Positions 8,613 through 18,757 of a stretch of 64,000 nt of DNA are shown here, in pieces. Under the pieces are notes generated by a model. That model was not told the origin of the DNA. It saw nothing but the letters and a program-made list of their open reading frames with translations, and did no database searches. Made by a program: the position numbers and the translations under genes. How positions within the stretch are numbered: position 1 is the first letter of the stretch; the number at the start of each line of letters is the position of its first letter. Source of the DNA: Candidatus Magasanikiibacteriota bacterium (GTDB lineage: Bacteria; Patescibacteriota; Patescibacteriia; Magasanikbacterales; UBA922); contig JBDROX010000044.1 of NCBI GenBank assembly GCA_043809645.1, forward strand, positions 767 to 64,766, read 5' to 3'.

Positions 8613-10865
8613 TTAGTACTGAATATTCTCCTCCAGGAGCCACATGATCATTGCTTTTTGTGCATGGAGTCTGTTTTCTGCTTGGTTCAGGATGACAGCC
8701 TTTGGGTGGTTGATAGTATCACGCGAAATTTCGTATCCCACGTGAAGTGGCATACAGTGCATGATGTGCGCGTCTGGTGCGTACTCACTCATCAATTCTG
8801 CGTTAATCTGATATGGAAGAAATTGTTCCTTCCTTCTCTCATACTCACTTTGGAATTCTGGCTTCACTTTTCCGCTTTCTCCTCCAGAGGCGGACTCGTC
8901 TGCTGCGAGGAAAAATTCCATGTTCATCCATGTGTCTGTATGGACGAAGTCAGTTTTGGCAAGCGCTTCTTCCAGGTTCTGTGTTCTGGTGACAAGTCCT
9001 GTTGCCGCTGCCATGATATTTAATTCTGGATCAACACTTTTCTCATCTACTTCTGCTGCGGCTATAGCTACTTCGATGCCAAGCTTCGCGCACATGAGCA
9101 TGAGTGTGTTCGAGACATTGTTCTCAATGCCGAGCCAGGTGATTTTTTTAATATTTTCAACGCCACCTTTTATTTCCGTCATTGTCAAAAGGTCACTCAA
9201 GGCTTGCGCAGGGTGGTATTTCTCACTACACGCATCGATGACTGGAATTCTATTGAATGACGCAGCAAGCTCAACATCACTTGCTTGCTTTGCACGGAAC
9301 ATGAGGACATGTCCGAATCGCATGACTGCCTGGATTTCATCTGCGAAGTCTGTGAGAGAGAATTGGGCGGTTCTACTATCGAGGAAGATAGAGTGGCCAC
9401 CGAGTTCTGTCATACTAGCCTCGAAAGAGAGACGTGTTCGCGTTGATGTTTTCTGAAACAACATGATGAGTGTCTTGTTCTGGAGATAGTTGGTCAATCT
9501 TCCAGAATTTCTCTTTGCTTTTATTCTCTGTGCAATGTCTAGAATTTCCAAGATGTTTTTTCTTGACTGTTCTTTGAGTGAAATGATGTGGCGCATAGAT
9601 TTTTTCTGAATAGTTGATTTGATTATTGTACTGATATTTTTTTGAGGTTCATTTTGGGTAATTTCAGAAGCTGAGGTACAGTCATAGATTTTGTTTTTTA
9701 AAACTGTATACACTGGCCAGCCAGTGAGATTCCATCCGTTGAAAGGGGACCATCTGCATTTTGTAAATAATTTGTTGTTTTCAACAGCCTTTTTTTCTCT
9801 CAGATCAACTAGGACATAGTCGTTAGTCTTTTCTAGTCCAAAGATGTTTTTTGGGTTAGTACTCGTGAGCTCCACAATTTTTTCTAGAGAGATTTTTCGA
9901 TTATGATGGGCGTCTAAGAGAAGAGGAAGGAGTGTTTCTATTCCTGGGACACCAGATGGTGCCTCTCCATAGGGAAGAGATTTTTCGTTCAACGTATGTG
10001 GGGCATGGTCTGTACCAATAGTGTCGATTGTTCCATCTTGGATCCCCTCCCATAGTGCGTCCATATCTTTTGTTGATCGGAGTGGTGGGTTCATCTGTGC
10101 TTTGCAGCCAAGGGTGTTGTAGTGTGCTTCATTCAGAAAGAGATGGTGTGGTGTGACTTCCGCATACACACTCAGCCCTTCTCTCTTTGCTTCTCGAATC
10201 ATATCCAGTTCTGTCTTTGTACTCACGTGGCAGACATAGAATCGTGTTCCAAATGTTCTGGCTGCGTTGATAACTCTCTCGAGCGCGATAGCGGTGGCCT
10301 TTGGATTCCTCTTTTTGGAATGTACGGCCGGGTCTATTTCTCCTTCATATGTTGCCGAGCATTCTTTCAGATATGCCTCATCCTCTGCGTGCACAGCCAC
10401 AAGCATGTTTTCTTTTGCCGCAATTTCAGCCACACGGTTGAAATCTTTTTCTTCATCTATCAAAAGATCTCCTGTGCTTGAGCCCATGAATACTTTGATG
10501 GCCACTGATACATCCTTTGTGCTTCCTAGGTCATCCAGCCGATCTTTATCAGCCCCAACATAGAGTAAGTATCTCAGTGCGATGCTAGCTTCTGCTAGTC
10601 GCTTTTCAATAACCTCTTTTTTTTGTATCAGCCGTTCTCTCGATGTACATGATGGGGTATTGTTTGGCATGTCGAGGACTGTGGTCACTCCACCAGCAAT
10701 TGCTGCTTTTGAGGCTGTCTTCCAATCTTCCTTGTGCTCTGCACCAGGTGTACGGAAGTGTACATGTGGATCAATCAGGGCTGGAAGTGCGGTGAGCGAC
10801 TCAGCATTTGTTTCGGGTGGAAGATCAATGTCTATGGATTGATTGTTACATGTCTTTATGATCAT
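8613..10865 (-). CDS. pyrC: Dihydroorotase fused to a C-terminal ornithine-carbamoyltransferase-like domain
   Basis: DPHVHFR, HAED, HVST, TDHAPH, then [35 protein letters not shown]. Confidence 0.85.
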   Translation of the reverse strand: MIIKTCNNQSIDIDLPPETNAESLTALPALIDPHVHFRTPGAEHKEDWKTASKAAIAGGVTTVLDMPNNTPSCTSRERLIQKKEVIEKRLAEASIALRYLLYVGADKDRLDDLGSTKDVSVAIKVFMGSSTGDLLIDEEKDFNRVAEIAAKENMLVAVHAEDEAYLKECSATYEGEIDPAVHSKKRNPKATAIALERVINAARTFGTRFYVCHVSTKTELDMIREAKREGLSVYAEVTPHHLFLNEAHYNTLGCKAQMNPPLRSTKDMDALWEGIQDGTIDTIGTDHAPHTLNEKSLPYGEAPSGVPGIETLLPLLLDAHHNRKISLEKIVELTSTNPKNIFGLEKTNDYVLVDLREKKAVENNKLFTKCRWSPFNGWNLTGWPVYTVLKNKIYDCTSASEITQNEPQKNISTIIKSTIQKKSMRHIISLKEQSRKNILEILDIAQRIKAKRNSGRLTNYLQNKTLIMLFQKTSTRTRLSFEASMTELGGHSIFLDSRTAQFSLTDFADEIQAVMRFGHVLMFRAKQASDVELAASFNRIPVIDACSEKYHPAQALSDLLTMTEIKGGVENIKKITWLGIENNVSNTLMLMCAKLGIEVAIAAAEVDEKSVDPELNIMAAATGLVTRTQNLEEALAKTDFVHTDTWMNMEFFLAADESASGGESGKVKPEFQSEYERRKEQFLPYQINAELMSEYAPDAHIMHCMPLHVGYEISRDTINHPKAVILNQAENRLHAQKAMIMWLLEENIQY

Positions 10866-11375
10866 CTAATTGCTCTTATATTCGTAAATATTTTTTTGGC
10901 TAAATATCTTTTCGCAATATGCACACTGGAGTGTGAGCCCTGATCCATTCTCATGAGAAATGTGGAATCTTGAGTTCATGCGTTCATTATTTGTAATACA
11001 GGTTGGATTTGGACAGACAATGAGCCTTTCGATAGTTTCTGGAATCGATATTTTGAACTTTTCTGCAACCTTGAAGTTTCGAATAATATTGATTGTTGCA
11101 TTTGGTGCAAAGATAGCGACCTTATTTGCTTCATCTTTTGTCAGTTCTCTGTGCTCCACTTTGATAAGATCCTTGTGTCCTTGCTCTTTGCTTTCTAGGT
11201 TAAGGCCAACAGTCACAATTGTTTTATCTTCTGCAAGGTTTAGGATTCGAATAATTTTTATCGCCTGACCGGCGTCGATATGGTCGATCACAGTGCCATC
11301 TTCAATCGTGAAGACTTTGAATGTTCTAAGATCTTTTGGAGGTTGGTTGTTTTGAACAGTTTCCATATGTTGCAA
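10866..11375 (-). CDS. pyrI: Aspartate carbamoyltransferase regulatory chain
   Basis: IEDGTVIDHI, KDLIKVE, CPNPTCITN...CAYCE Zn site. Confidence 0.95.
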   Translation of the reverse strand: MQHMETVQNNQPPKDLRTFKVFTIEDGTVIDHIDAGQAIKIIRILNLAEDKTIVTVGLNLESKEQGHKDLIKVEHRELTKDEANKVAIFAPNATINIIRNFKVAEKFKISIPETIERLIVCPNPTCITNNERMNSRFHISHENGSGLTLQCAYCEKIFSQKNIYEYKSN

Positions 11376-11380
11376 AGTTA

Positions 11381-12394
11381 TTATTGAAGTTTTCCAAGGA
11401 CAAGACCAAGGAGTGCCTGTCGGACATAGAGTCCGTTCTCAGCTTGTTGGAAGTAATATGCATGCGGAGTTGCATCAATATCTACTTCAATCTCATTCAC
11501 ACGTGGAAGCGGGTGAAGTATTCTCATATTTGGTTTGGCACTGTTCATCATGTCTTTGGTAAGGACAAAGACATTCTTCACGCGTTCATATTCCATTTTG
11601 TCTGGGAATCGTTCACCCTGAATTCGTGTTATGTAGAGAATATCTACTTTTGGCATGACTTCTTCTATGCTCGAGTGTTCGGTAAAGCCAATATTTTTCT
11701 TCTGGAGGTATCTGCAGATATAGTTTGGCATTTTGAGTGAGTCTGGTGCAATGAAGTGGAGCTCTGCGCCGAAGTGAGTGAGTGCCTGGGTCAGGGAGTG
11801 AACTGTTCTTCCATATTTGAGATCTCCGACTAGTGCGATTGAAAGCCCTTCGAGAGATCTTTGTGATTCTTTGATGGTGAAGAGATCAAGTAGTGTTTGA
11901 GTTGGATGTTGATTCGACCCGTCTCCGCCGTTCAAGATTGGTTTATCAGTAGCTTCTGCCGCACGACGGACTGAACCTTCCATTGGGTGGCGCATGACAA
12001 TGACATCTGCATATTGGCCAATTATTTTCATTGAGTCGTATATTGTCTCTTTCTTTTTTACAGAGGTGACATTTGCATCTGCAAATCCCATGACCTCTCC
12101 ACCGAGTCTTTTCATAGCCGTTTCGAATGAAAGTCTTGTTCTGGTTGATGGTTCAAAGAAACAGCTTGCCATGACGTATGTTTGGAGAAGTGTTGGTTGT
12201 GGCTTTTGTTTTAGCTGCTTTGCATGCTCGAGTACTTTCTCAATGTCTTCTTTGGAAAGATCTGTGATGGACAGTATATCTCTCCCTTCGAACGTTTTTT
12301 GTCTGGTTGTGAATTGTCCAGAGAGTTTTTCCAATATTTCTGCCTTCGATAGTCCTTCGAGGGCTGCCAATTCGCTTTGAGAAAGTGGGGTCAT
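11381..12394 (-). CDS. pyrB: Aspartate carbamoyltransferase catalytic chain
   Basis: [41 protein letters not shown]. Confidence 0.96.
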   Translation of the reverse strand: MTPLSQSELAALEGLSKAEILEKLSGQFTTRQKTFEGRDILSITDLSKEDIEKVLEHAKQLKQKPQPTLLQTYVMASCFFEPSTRTRLSFETAMKRLGGEVMGFADANVTSVKKKETIYDSMKIIGQYADVIVMRHPMEGSVRRAAEATDKPILNGGDGSNQHPTQTLLDLFTIKESQRSLEGLSIALVGDLKYGRTVHSLTQALTHFGAELHFIAPDSLKMPNYICRYLQKKNIGFTEHSSIEEVMPKVDILYITRIQGERFPDKMEYERVKNVFVLTKDMMNSAKPNMRILHPLPRVNEIEVDIDATPHAYYFQQAENGLYVRQALLGLVLGKLQ

Positions 12395-12485
12395 ATGTGT
12401 ATGTATAGTGAGTTAAGCCCTGTATTTGACTTCGAAGCCTTAGCCAGTACAGGATTCGTCATTTTCAGCTATTGCTGAAAAAGTG

Positions 12486-12604
12486 AAAAAAAAGACCACT
12501 CGTATCAGAGTGGCCATTGGCTTTGATTTATTTCCTCCTCGTCGATTACGTGGACGAGATATATTTTCATACTGAGAGGAGTGTATCATCTTTTGTTCTT
12601 CAGT
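12486..12604 (-). promoter_or_regulatory. pyr operon leader: promoter, 21-aa leader ORF (12570-12505) and intrinsic terminator
   Basis: TTGTAC-17-TACACT; ORF MKIYLVHVIDEEEINQSQWPL*; hairpin CTCGTC..GACGAG; terminator CCACTC-tgatac-GAGTGG-tc followed by a T-tract. Confidence 0.55.
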
Positions 12605-12626
12605 ACAAATGGATTGGTGTGGAAAA

Positions 12627-13667
12627 CTAAACTTCCTTCCCTTGCTCAACTATTTTATCTCGTAATTCTCCAAATACCTTGTTTGCGAGCGCACTTTCTT
12701 CATGAAAGAATGCATAATTGTCAGCTTTGTTGAAATAGGTGGTAAGGAGGCTGTCATGTGTTGGGTCTGTTTCGTATCCTTCTGGAATATCTGGATCTGG
12801 AATATCTGCAAGTTTTTCTTTAAGGTCTCTAGACGATTGGGCGACATGTATACCATTGCTGATTTCAAAATTATAACCAGGTAGTGTATCAGAATCAATA
12901 CGGGTTGTGCTCAATTTATGTATCAGTTTTGCAAGGGTCTTTTTTGCTATAAATATGCTATCTACTGGTGTCTTGCCTGCCTTTGGATAAATTACAATAG
13001 ATGGTTTTCCCTGTGCAGCTTTGTCATCAGGAGAAAAACATTTAATTTTAAAGGCATTAATTTCCCAGTTAAAATCTGAGTCTTGTGCAATCAAATCTAT
13101 GATAAGTTTGGCAATTTCTGGAAGCTGATCAAGTTTTGGTTGGATATGAATTTTAAATTCTCGAGCCAAATCTTTCCTTCTGTGATCTATGGCTTCTTTG
13201 TAGTATGTCTTTGCTTTTCGTTCGTAGTCACAATTCGGTTTTATATTCCTCTTTTCTTGATCTAGCCATTCTTTGGGAATTTCAATGTCTTCCTGAAGTG
13301 GTATCTCATGGATCCATTTATAAATACGTCCAAGAGCATTTTCCTGAACCTGTTCCTTTGTAGTTCCAGAGTATTTGCGTTCATGAGGATCTTTTGCTGA
13401 AAACATGTTTCTGTAAATAATTTGGTTTTCTAGAAGATCATTCACATCAGTCGGAGCCTTGCAATCTGCCAATCTAAAATATTGATAAAAACCAGAACCA
13501 TTTTTTTTTGGATGAACAGTGAGATCATCAAAATAAACTTCAGGAGAGAGTGTGTCCATAGCCATTTTTTTGTAGACTTTTGCTTGTTCAAGAGGGTGGA
13601 GTTCTGAAAAGTTTTCACTTTTTTCCCTTGCTTCATGAAGATGCGCACTCCGAGATCGTTCATTCAT
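12627..13667 (-). CDS. Hypothetical protein, possible phosphothreonine-lyase-like fold
   Basis: 346-aa ORF with FKIHIQP...AFKIK...QGKPSIVIYP motif order. Confidence 0.6.
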   Translation of the reverse strand: MNERSRSAHLHEAREKSENFSELHPLEQAKVYKKMAMDTLSPEVYFDDLTVHPKKNGSGFYQYFRLADCKAPTDVNDLLENQIIYRNMFSAKDPHERKYSGTTKEQVQENALGRIYKWIHEIPLQEDIEIPKEWLDQEKRNIKPNCDYERKAKTYYKEAIDHRRKDLAREFKIHIQPKLDQLPEIAKLIIDLIAQDSDFNWEINAFKIKCFSPDDKAAQGKPSIVIYPKAGKTPVDSIFIAKKTLAKLIHKLSTTRIDSDTLPGYNFEISNGIHVAQSSRDLKEKLADIPDPDIPEGYETDPTHDSLLTTYFNKADNYAFFHEESALANKVFGELRDKIVEQGKEV

Positions 13668-13671
13668 AAAA

Positions 13672-15216
13672 TTATAATGTTTTTTTAAGGAGTTCTTCAG
13701 CGATCTGTGGGTCAGCGTTGCCTTCTGTTGTTTTCATAACCATACCAATGAGGAATTTGAGCACTGTCTCTTTTCCTGACTTATACTCCTCAACCTGTTT
13801 TGGATGGCTTCGTACGACTTCATCAACTATGCTCTGAAGTTTCCCTTCATTACTCATTTGGCCATATCCTTTTTCCTCCATGATATGTGTAGGATCTTTG
13901 TCAGTTCCAGCATCCAGCATCTCACCAAGAATTTTTTGAGCATTTGTTGAATTCACTTTCCCGGCATAGATGAGAGCGATGAGCTCTGCAAAGTTTTCTG
14001 GTGAAATCTTGAGAACTTTGATATCTATACTTCGCTCCTTCAGTAGCCCCATCAGCTTGCTAGTCATCCAGCCACCAGCCAGACGAGCAATTTTTTCTTT
14101 TTTTCCCTCTCGGATTTCATCAGTTTCTCCTTTTACTTCATGGAGTGTATAGAGCCAGTCAATGAGTTCACTCATTGTTCTCTCAGAAAATGCCGCCCAG
14201 TCATTACTATCCGTGAGAATCTTGGCGTCTGCATAGGAGAAACCATATTCTTCTCTGAAACGGAGTCGTTTTTTCTGTGGAAGTTCTGGAAGTAAAACTG
14301 CCCCAGCAATCTTTTCTGGATGAAATGGGGGAATGTCTGGCTCTGGGAAATAGCGATAGTCTTCTGCATCTTCTTTTATTCTTTGAAGGACGCTTTCTCC
14401 TTTGTCTTCATTCCAACCACGTGTCTGCTGTTCCCATGATTCTCCTTTTTCTAGGAGTGCTTCTTGGCGTTGCAGCTCAAAATCAATAGCACGTTCTATT
14501 GCCTTAAAAGAATTAATATTTTTGAGTTCCACCTTATTGTTCAGAACATATTTTCCAAGAGGTTTAACGACTCCGTCTACAATTTCAAATTTGCCAGTCT
14601 CCTGAAGTGAAATATTTGCTTCACATCTCATGTGTCCTTTCTCCATATCTGCATCACTAACTTTGAGTGTTCGAAAGATACTTCTAAGCTCTTGGCAGTA
14701 GGTCTTTGCCTCTATTGGTGTTTTGAAGTCAGGGTCTGTGACGATTTCAACTAGCGGGATTCCTGCTCTATTAAAATCAACAAGAGTATCTCCTTTTTTG
14801 TTATGAGTCAGCTTGGCAGTGTCTTCTTCGAGGTGAACTCTGGTGATACCAATCTTGGCTTCATCCCGAACATTGGTCTCGAGAGGGAAAGAGAGTGTTA
14901 TCTCCCCATGCTTGGCAACAGGCTCATCATATTGGGAGATTTGATAGCCCTTTGGAAGATCTGGATAGAAGTAGTGTTTTCTATCAAACTTAGAAATATC
15001 TCGAATAGAACACCCAAGAGCCTTTCCAATCAGAACAGTCCATTCTATGGCTTTTTGATTTGGGACTGGGAGTGTCCCTGGTTGTGCTGTGCAGATTTCA
15101 CAGATATTACTGTTTGGTTCTACAGCATCAGGGCTGTTTGTACAGGAGCAGAACATCTTGCTCTTTGTTTTGAGTTCGACATGTACTTCCATGCCAATGA
15201 TCGGGGTGTATTTCAT
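13672..15216 (-). CDS. gatB: Asp/Glu-tRNA amidotransferase subunit B
   Basis: IGMEVHVEL, YFYPDLPKGYQISQ, HLEEDTAK, DYRYFPEPD. Confidence 0.97.
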   Translation of the reverse strand: MKYTPIIGMEVHVELKTKSKMFCSCTNSPDAVEPNSNICEICTAQPGTLPVPNQKAIEWTVLIGKALGCSIRDISKFDRKHYFYPDLPKGYQISQYDEPVAKHGEITLSFPLETNVRDEAKIGITRVHLEEDTAKLTHNKKGDTLVDFNRAGIPLVEIVTDPDFKTPIEAKTYCQELRSIFRTLKVSDADMEKGHMRCEANISLQETGKFEIVDGVVKPLGKYVLNNKVELKNINSFKAIERAIDFELQRQEALLEKGESWEQQTRGWNEDKGESVLQRIKEDAEDYRYFPEPDIPPFHPEKIAGAVLLPELPQKKRLRFREEYGFSYADAKILTDSNDWAAFSERTMSELIDWLYTLHEVKGETDEIREGKKEKIARLAGGWMTSKLMGLLKERSIDIKVLKISPENFAELIALIYAGKVNSTNAQKILGEMLDAGTDKDPTHIMEEKGYGQMSNEGKLQSIVDEVVRSHPKQVEEYKSGKETVLKFLIGMVMKTTEGNADPQIAEELLKKTL

Positions 15217-15349
15217 AGAAAGGCTTACGAGGCTTACAACTCCTAAAATGCTTGAAAGCCAGAATATATATGTATTTTGATTGTAGCAAGTTCAAGTGAA
15301 ATTGAAAAGCCCGCCAGATGGCAGGCTTTTTTTGAAGTATGGCTTTCAA

Positions 15350-16099
15350 TTATTTTACTGATTCTGGAGTTTCAGATTTTACTGGAGTTTTCTTCAAGTT
15401 GAAATACAGAATCGTTGGCGCCGCAGTCGTGAGTGGTAACACTAGGAAAGCGGCAGCACTTACGACGACTGTTGCAATGGCGAGCCCTGCTGTTCCAAGA
15501 GGGTTGGTGACAAAGAAAATAAGGCTTGCAGCCCATTGAACAACCATGGCAAGGATAGCAAAAACAAATCCTGGGGCAAAGAGTCTCCAAAGGACACTCC
15601 ACCATCTCCCTGAAACGATGGCTTTGCTTGCTTTGAGTGAGTCTACGCCTTTCTTTCCTTCGAAGATGACTGTATACATGGAAAATGAAAACCAAACGGC
15701 GAATATGATACCGGGGATAACCAGTAGGATAGTTCCGCCAGTGACGGCAAGTCCCGTGAGAATAGAGGCAAAGAGTACTGACCAGAAATATTTTTTTGCT
15801 TCTACAATTTCTTCTCTTAGGGTTTTTGGTTTTTCTCCTTTATATCTATTAGCAATTACTCTGACGAACGCTATCGAGATCCAGATATTGATAATGACTG
15901 CCACAAGGATCAGTACAATAGCCAAAAGGATCATTCCACCCATTTTATCTGAAATTAGGTTGGTTGGAGTAGCAACAACCTGCATCACAGCGGTCGGAAT
16001 GAACATAATTCCAACAAAGGTAAGGAAAAGCTTTACATTTTCTCTATAGAGCTTAATACTTTCGGAGATAATTTCTCCTGCTTTTATTAACATAGACAA
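15350..16099 (-). CDS. Polytopic membrane protein (GPDPase-membrane-domain-like)
   Basis: About 5-6 TM helices; LLVIPGIIFAVW...SLKASKAIVSGRWW motif. Confidence 0.75.
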   Translation of the reverse strand: MSMLIKAGEIISESIKLYRENVKLFLTFVGIMFIPTAVMQVVATPTNLISDKMGGMILLAIVLILVAVIINIWISIAFVRVIANRYKGEKPKTLREEIVEAKKYFWSVLFASILTGLAVTGGTILLVIPGIIFAVWFSFSMYTVIFEGKKGVDSLKASKAIVSGRWWSVLWRLFAPGFVFAILAMVVQWAASLIFFVTNPLGTAGLAIATVVVSAAAFLVLPLTTAAPTILYFNLKKTPVKSETPESVK

Positions 16100-16169
16100 A
16101 GACTTAATAATTATACCCCTTTTTTCGACACCTTAAGTATAGCAAAATAAGTGAAAAAAGACTAGTCCG

Positions 16170-16760
16170 TTAGACTAACTTTTCTTTTATTGTATCCCAG
16201 AGTTTTTCATGGATGTGTTCAATCGATTCATTGGCATCTATTCGTATCCAACCTTTTTTTGACCCCATTCTATCGTGTACAGCACGTACTTTTTCTATCA
16301 GAGTATCATTTGTTTCAAATGTGTGGTTCATTTCTGTTGCTTCTCGGAAGCGCTCACCCTCGAAGAGAAAGGATATGTCTTCTTTGAGGAGTCCTTCATT
16401 TATTTCGAGCATGTATTTTTCTGGAACGCCTGCTCCAATACCCCAGCAGAGGCCAGTCCCAGTATAGTCTTCTGCAACTATATTGATTCCACTATCAAGT
16501 TTTAGATGAAGTCTTGGTTCGAAGTTCCTTCGGTTCTGTGCGTATAGTTCCTGGACGTCTTTTGCACTTAGCTGTTCTGGATTTCCTTCTCTCAAATATG
16601 CATTTATTCTCGGACCTGTGGGTTCAAGGCTGTAGATTGGATACTTGAGGTACTCTGCTTCAAATCTTTTTCTTTGCAACTTCTCGACTAGAAGTTTGGC
16701 TTGTGTTGTTTTTCCAAGATTGTTAATGCCATAAAGTACTATGAATATGCCTTTCTTCAT
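16170..16760 (-). CDS. tmk: Thymidylate kinase
   Basis: FIVLYGINNLGKTTQ P-loop, located in the dTTP cluster. Confidence 0.85.
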   Translation of the reverse strand: MKKGIFIVLYGINNLGKTTQAKLLVEKLQRKRFEAEYLKYPIYSLEPTGPRINAYLREGNPEQLSAKDVQELYAQNRRNFEPRLHLKLDSGINIVAEDYTGTGLCWGIGAGVPEKYMLEINEGLLKEDISFLFEGERFREATEMNHTFETNDTLIEKVRAVHDRMGSKKGWIRIDANESIEHIHEKLWDTIKEKLV

Positions 16761-17230
16761 ATTTTTCTATATTCTACAAATGAGAATTCCTCTCTGTTAT
16801 CTCTGCCAACCTCTTTCCAAACAGTAGGATCAATCTCTGGAAAAAATGCATCTCCATCCACATCTTGTTCAACGTGTGTTATATAAAGTCTATCAGCTAG
16901 ATCAATTGTTTGCTTGTACATCATGGCGCCGCCTATTACAAATATATCTTCACCCTCGTGTGCCTTCAGTGCATCATCAATGCTGTGGTATAGAAAAACG
17001 CCATCTGGAATTTGGTATTCAGTATTTCTTGTAATGACAATATTTTTTCTGTCTGGGAGTGGTCGAAATTTCTCTGGAAGTGATTCCCATGTATTTCGTC
17101 CCATGAGGACGACGCTTCCAGTGGTGAGTTCTTTGAAGTGCTTCAAATCCTCTGGCATGTGCCATGGAAGGGAATTGTTCTTTCCAATACAATTGTTGCT
17201 TGCAATAGCGGCAATGAGGGAGAGGGACAT
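16757..17230 (-). CDS. folA: Dihydrofolate reductase
   Basis: IGKNNSLPWHMPEDLKHFK, MGRNTWESL, IGG, GDAFFP. Confidence 0.96.
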   Translation of the reverse strand: MSLSLIAAIASNNCIGKNNSLPWHMPEDLKHFKELTTGSVVLMGRNTWESLPEKFRPLPDRKNIVITRNTEYQIPDGVFLYHSIDDALKAHEGEDIFVIGGAMMYKQTIDLADRLYITHVEQDVDGDAFFPEIDPTVWKEVGRDNREEFSFVEYRKI

Positions 17231-17251
17231 AGTTTTAATGAATGGGTTTCT

Positions 17252-18472
17252 TTAAGACCTATTTGGAATGACAAAGAACCTTTCTTGGTCAAAAGTATGG
17301 TTACTATCTAAGACTTCTTCAGTTGGATCGGAATCTGCCTTTCTCGATACGTTGTCAAGGTTAAAAAGATTAAAACCATCAGGATCATATTTTTTTCTTT
17401 GTCTATCTAGATCCATAATACTAGCAGGGCAGCCCCTCATTGTGGTTGTGTCGTGTCCGTGCACATAGTTTCTCACAACATTTGGTAGGGGGTAATCTTT
17501 TTCTTCTTTTAGTCTTTCTCTCGCCCATACTAATGTATTTATAAGATGTAGATTGTTCTCATCAGGAGTTTTATCTTCGTATATACTTTTTAAAGTATCA
17601 TGGTGCCATTCGTTTACTCTGTCAACAAAAGCCGCCATTGTTTTTGGGTTTGTAATATCCCCTTGAAAAGAAATTGCTTGTTTGAGCTCATCAATATGAC
17701 CCTGAGAAAGTGGGGCATGTGTAAAAAGGCTCTTTGTTTCTTCGTCGTAATGAAATAATTTTTGTCTTATATAGAAACCTTTCATTTGTATATTTGTAGT
17801 TTTATGTTCAGTAGCCAACGATCTACCGCTGGATACCTTTTGCCCGTCTCCAATTCCTTTGTATCTACTCAGTGGTTTTTTTTGATGCTTTGCAATAGTC
17901 AAAACTGGTTGCATATCATGGTTTCCTGCCAAAGTTACGATATTGCCACCGTCTGCCTTTATTTTTTTGAGGATTTTCATTGTAAGTAGATCTGAAAGAC
18001 CTCTGTCTGAAATAAGGTCGCCCAAGAAAACCATTTCTCTGTCGCCACCAATCCATTCTATTGAATCTAAAAGTTCGAGAGCTTCTTTTTGCTTCTCTTT
18101 GAATCCAATTAATCTTTCTTCAGTCTCAAAAGGTGTGGACTGTGTTTTGAAAGTTATTGGGTCTGCGAGTTGTGCCATTTCAGTGTATATTTTTTTAAAT
18201 TGTCTCGCTTTTTCTTCTGGCATTGTGATCATTTCACTTAATACAGCATTTTCTAACACTTTGAGCGCACTACCATGAGCATCTCCTATTGCAACCAATT
18301 TAGCATTTTTTAGAATTTCTTCAGGGCTCTGGTCATCTTCTGTTTTTTCAGAAAATTCTAAAAATGTGACTCTTCCGGGTTCACCAATATTTAACTTTTT
18401 TTTTGTCTTGAATACTTCTTTAGTTTTTTCTATTTCACTTTTTTCTCTACCCTCTTTTTTTTTTATTTGCAT
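17252..18472 (-). CDS. Calcineurin-like metallophosphoesterase (PPP-type)
   Basis: IGDAHG, LGDLISDRG, AGNHD, THA, VHGHD. Confidence 0.8.
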   Translation of the reverse strand: MQIKKKEGREKSEIEKTKEVFKTKKKLNIGEPGRVTFLEFSEKTEDDQSPEEILKNAKLVAIGDAHGSALKVLENAVLSEMITMPEEKARQFKKIYTEMAQLADPITFKTQSTPFETEERLIGFKEKQKEALELLDSIEWIGGDREMVFLGDLISDRGLSDLLTMKILKKIKADGGNIVTLAGNHDMQPVLTIAKHQKKPLSRYKGIGDGQKVSSGRSLATEHKTTNIQMKGFYIRQKLFHYDEETKSLFTHAPLSQGHIDELKQAISFQGDITNPKTMAAFVDRVNEWHHDTLKSIYEDKTPDENNLHLINTLVWARERLKEEKDYPLPNVVRNYVHGHDTTTMRGCPASIMDLDRQRKKYDPDGFNLFNLDNVSRKADSDPTEEVLDSNHTFDQERFFVIPNRS

Positions 18473-18737
18473 CTTCAGTATCTTCAGCTTGGGCTAATTT
18501 TCTTGTGGCCTCATTAGTCTTATCGACAATAAGCGCTTCAAGCTCCCTAACAAAATTTGGGTCACTGCCTTTTAGGGATAAGTAAGCACACAAAGCTTCT
18601 TTTAAGCTGTATCCAGCCCTTCTCACATCTCTTTGTCTGGCTGGTGTGAGTTTGCTTTCTAATTCTTCTGCATTTGGCAAAGGCTCGAGTTTTCCTGGCC
18701 TTAATTGTTGAAGAGCTTCTAAATATTTTTCGGGCAT
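18447..18737 (-). CDS. Hypothetical protein
   Basis: 96-aa ORF in operon context. Confidence 0.55.
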   Translation of the reverse strand: MPEKYLEALQQLRPGKLEPLPNAEELESKLTPARQRDVRRAGYSLKEALCAYLSLKGSDPNFVRELEALIVDKTNEATRKLAQAEDTEDANKKKRG

Positions 18738-18757
18738 ATTTGCATGTTAAAAATATT

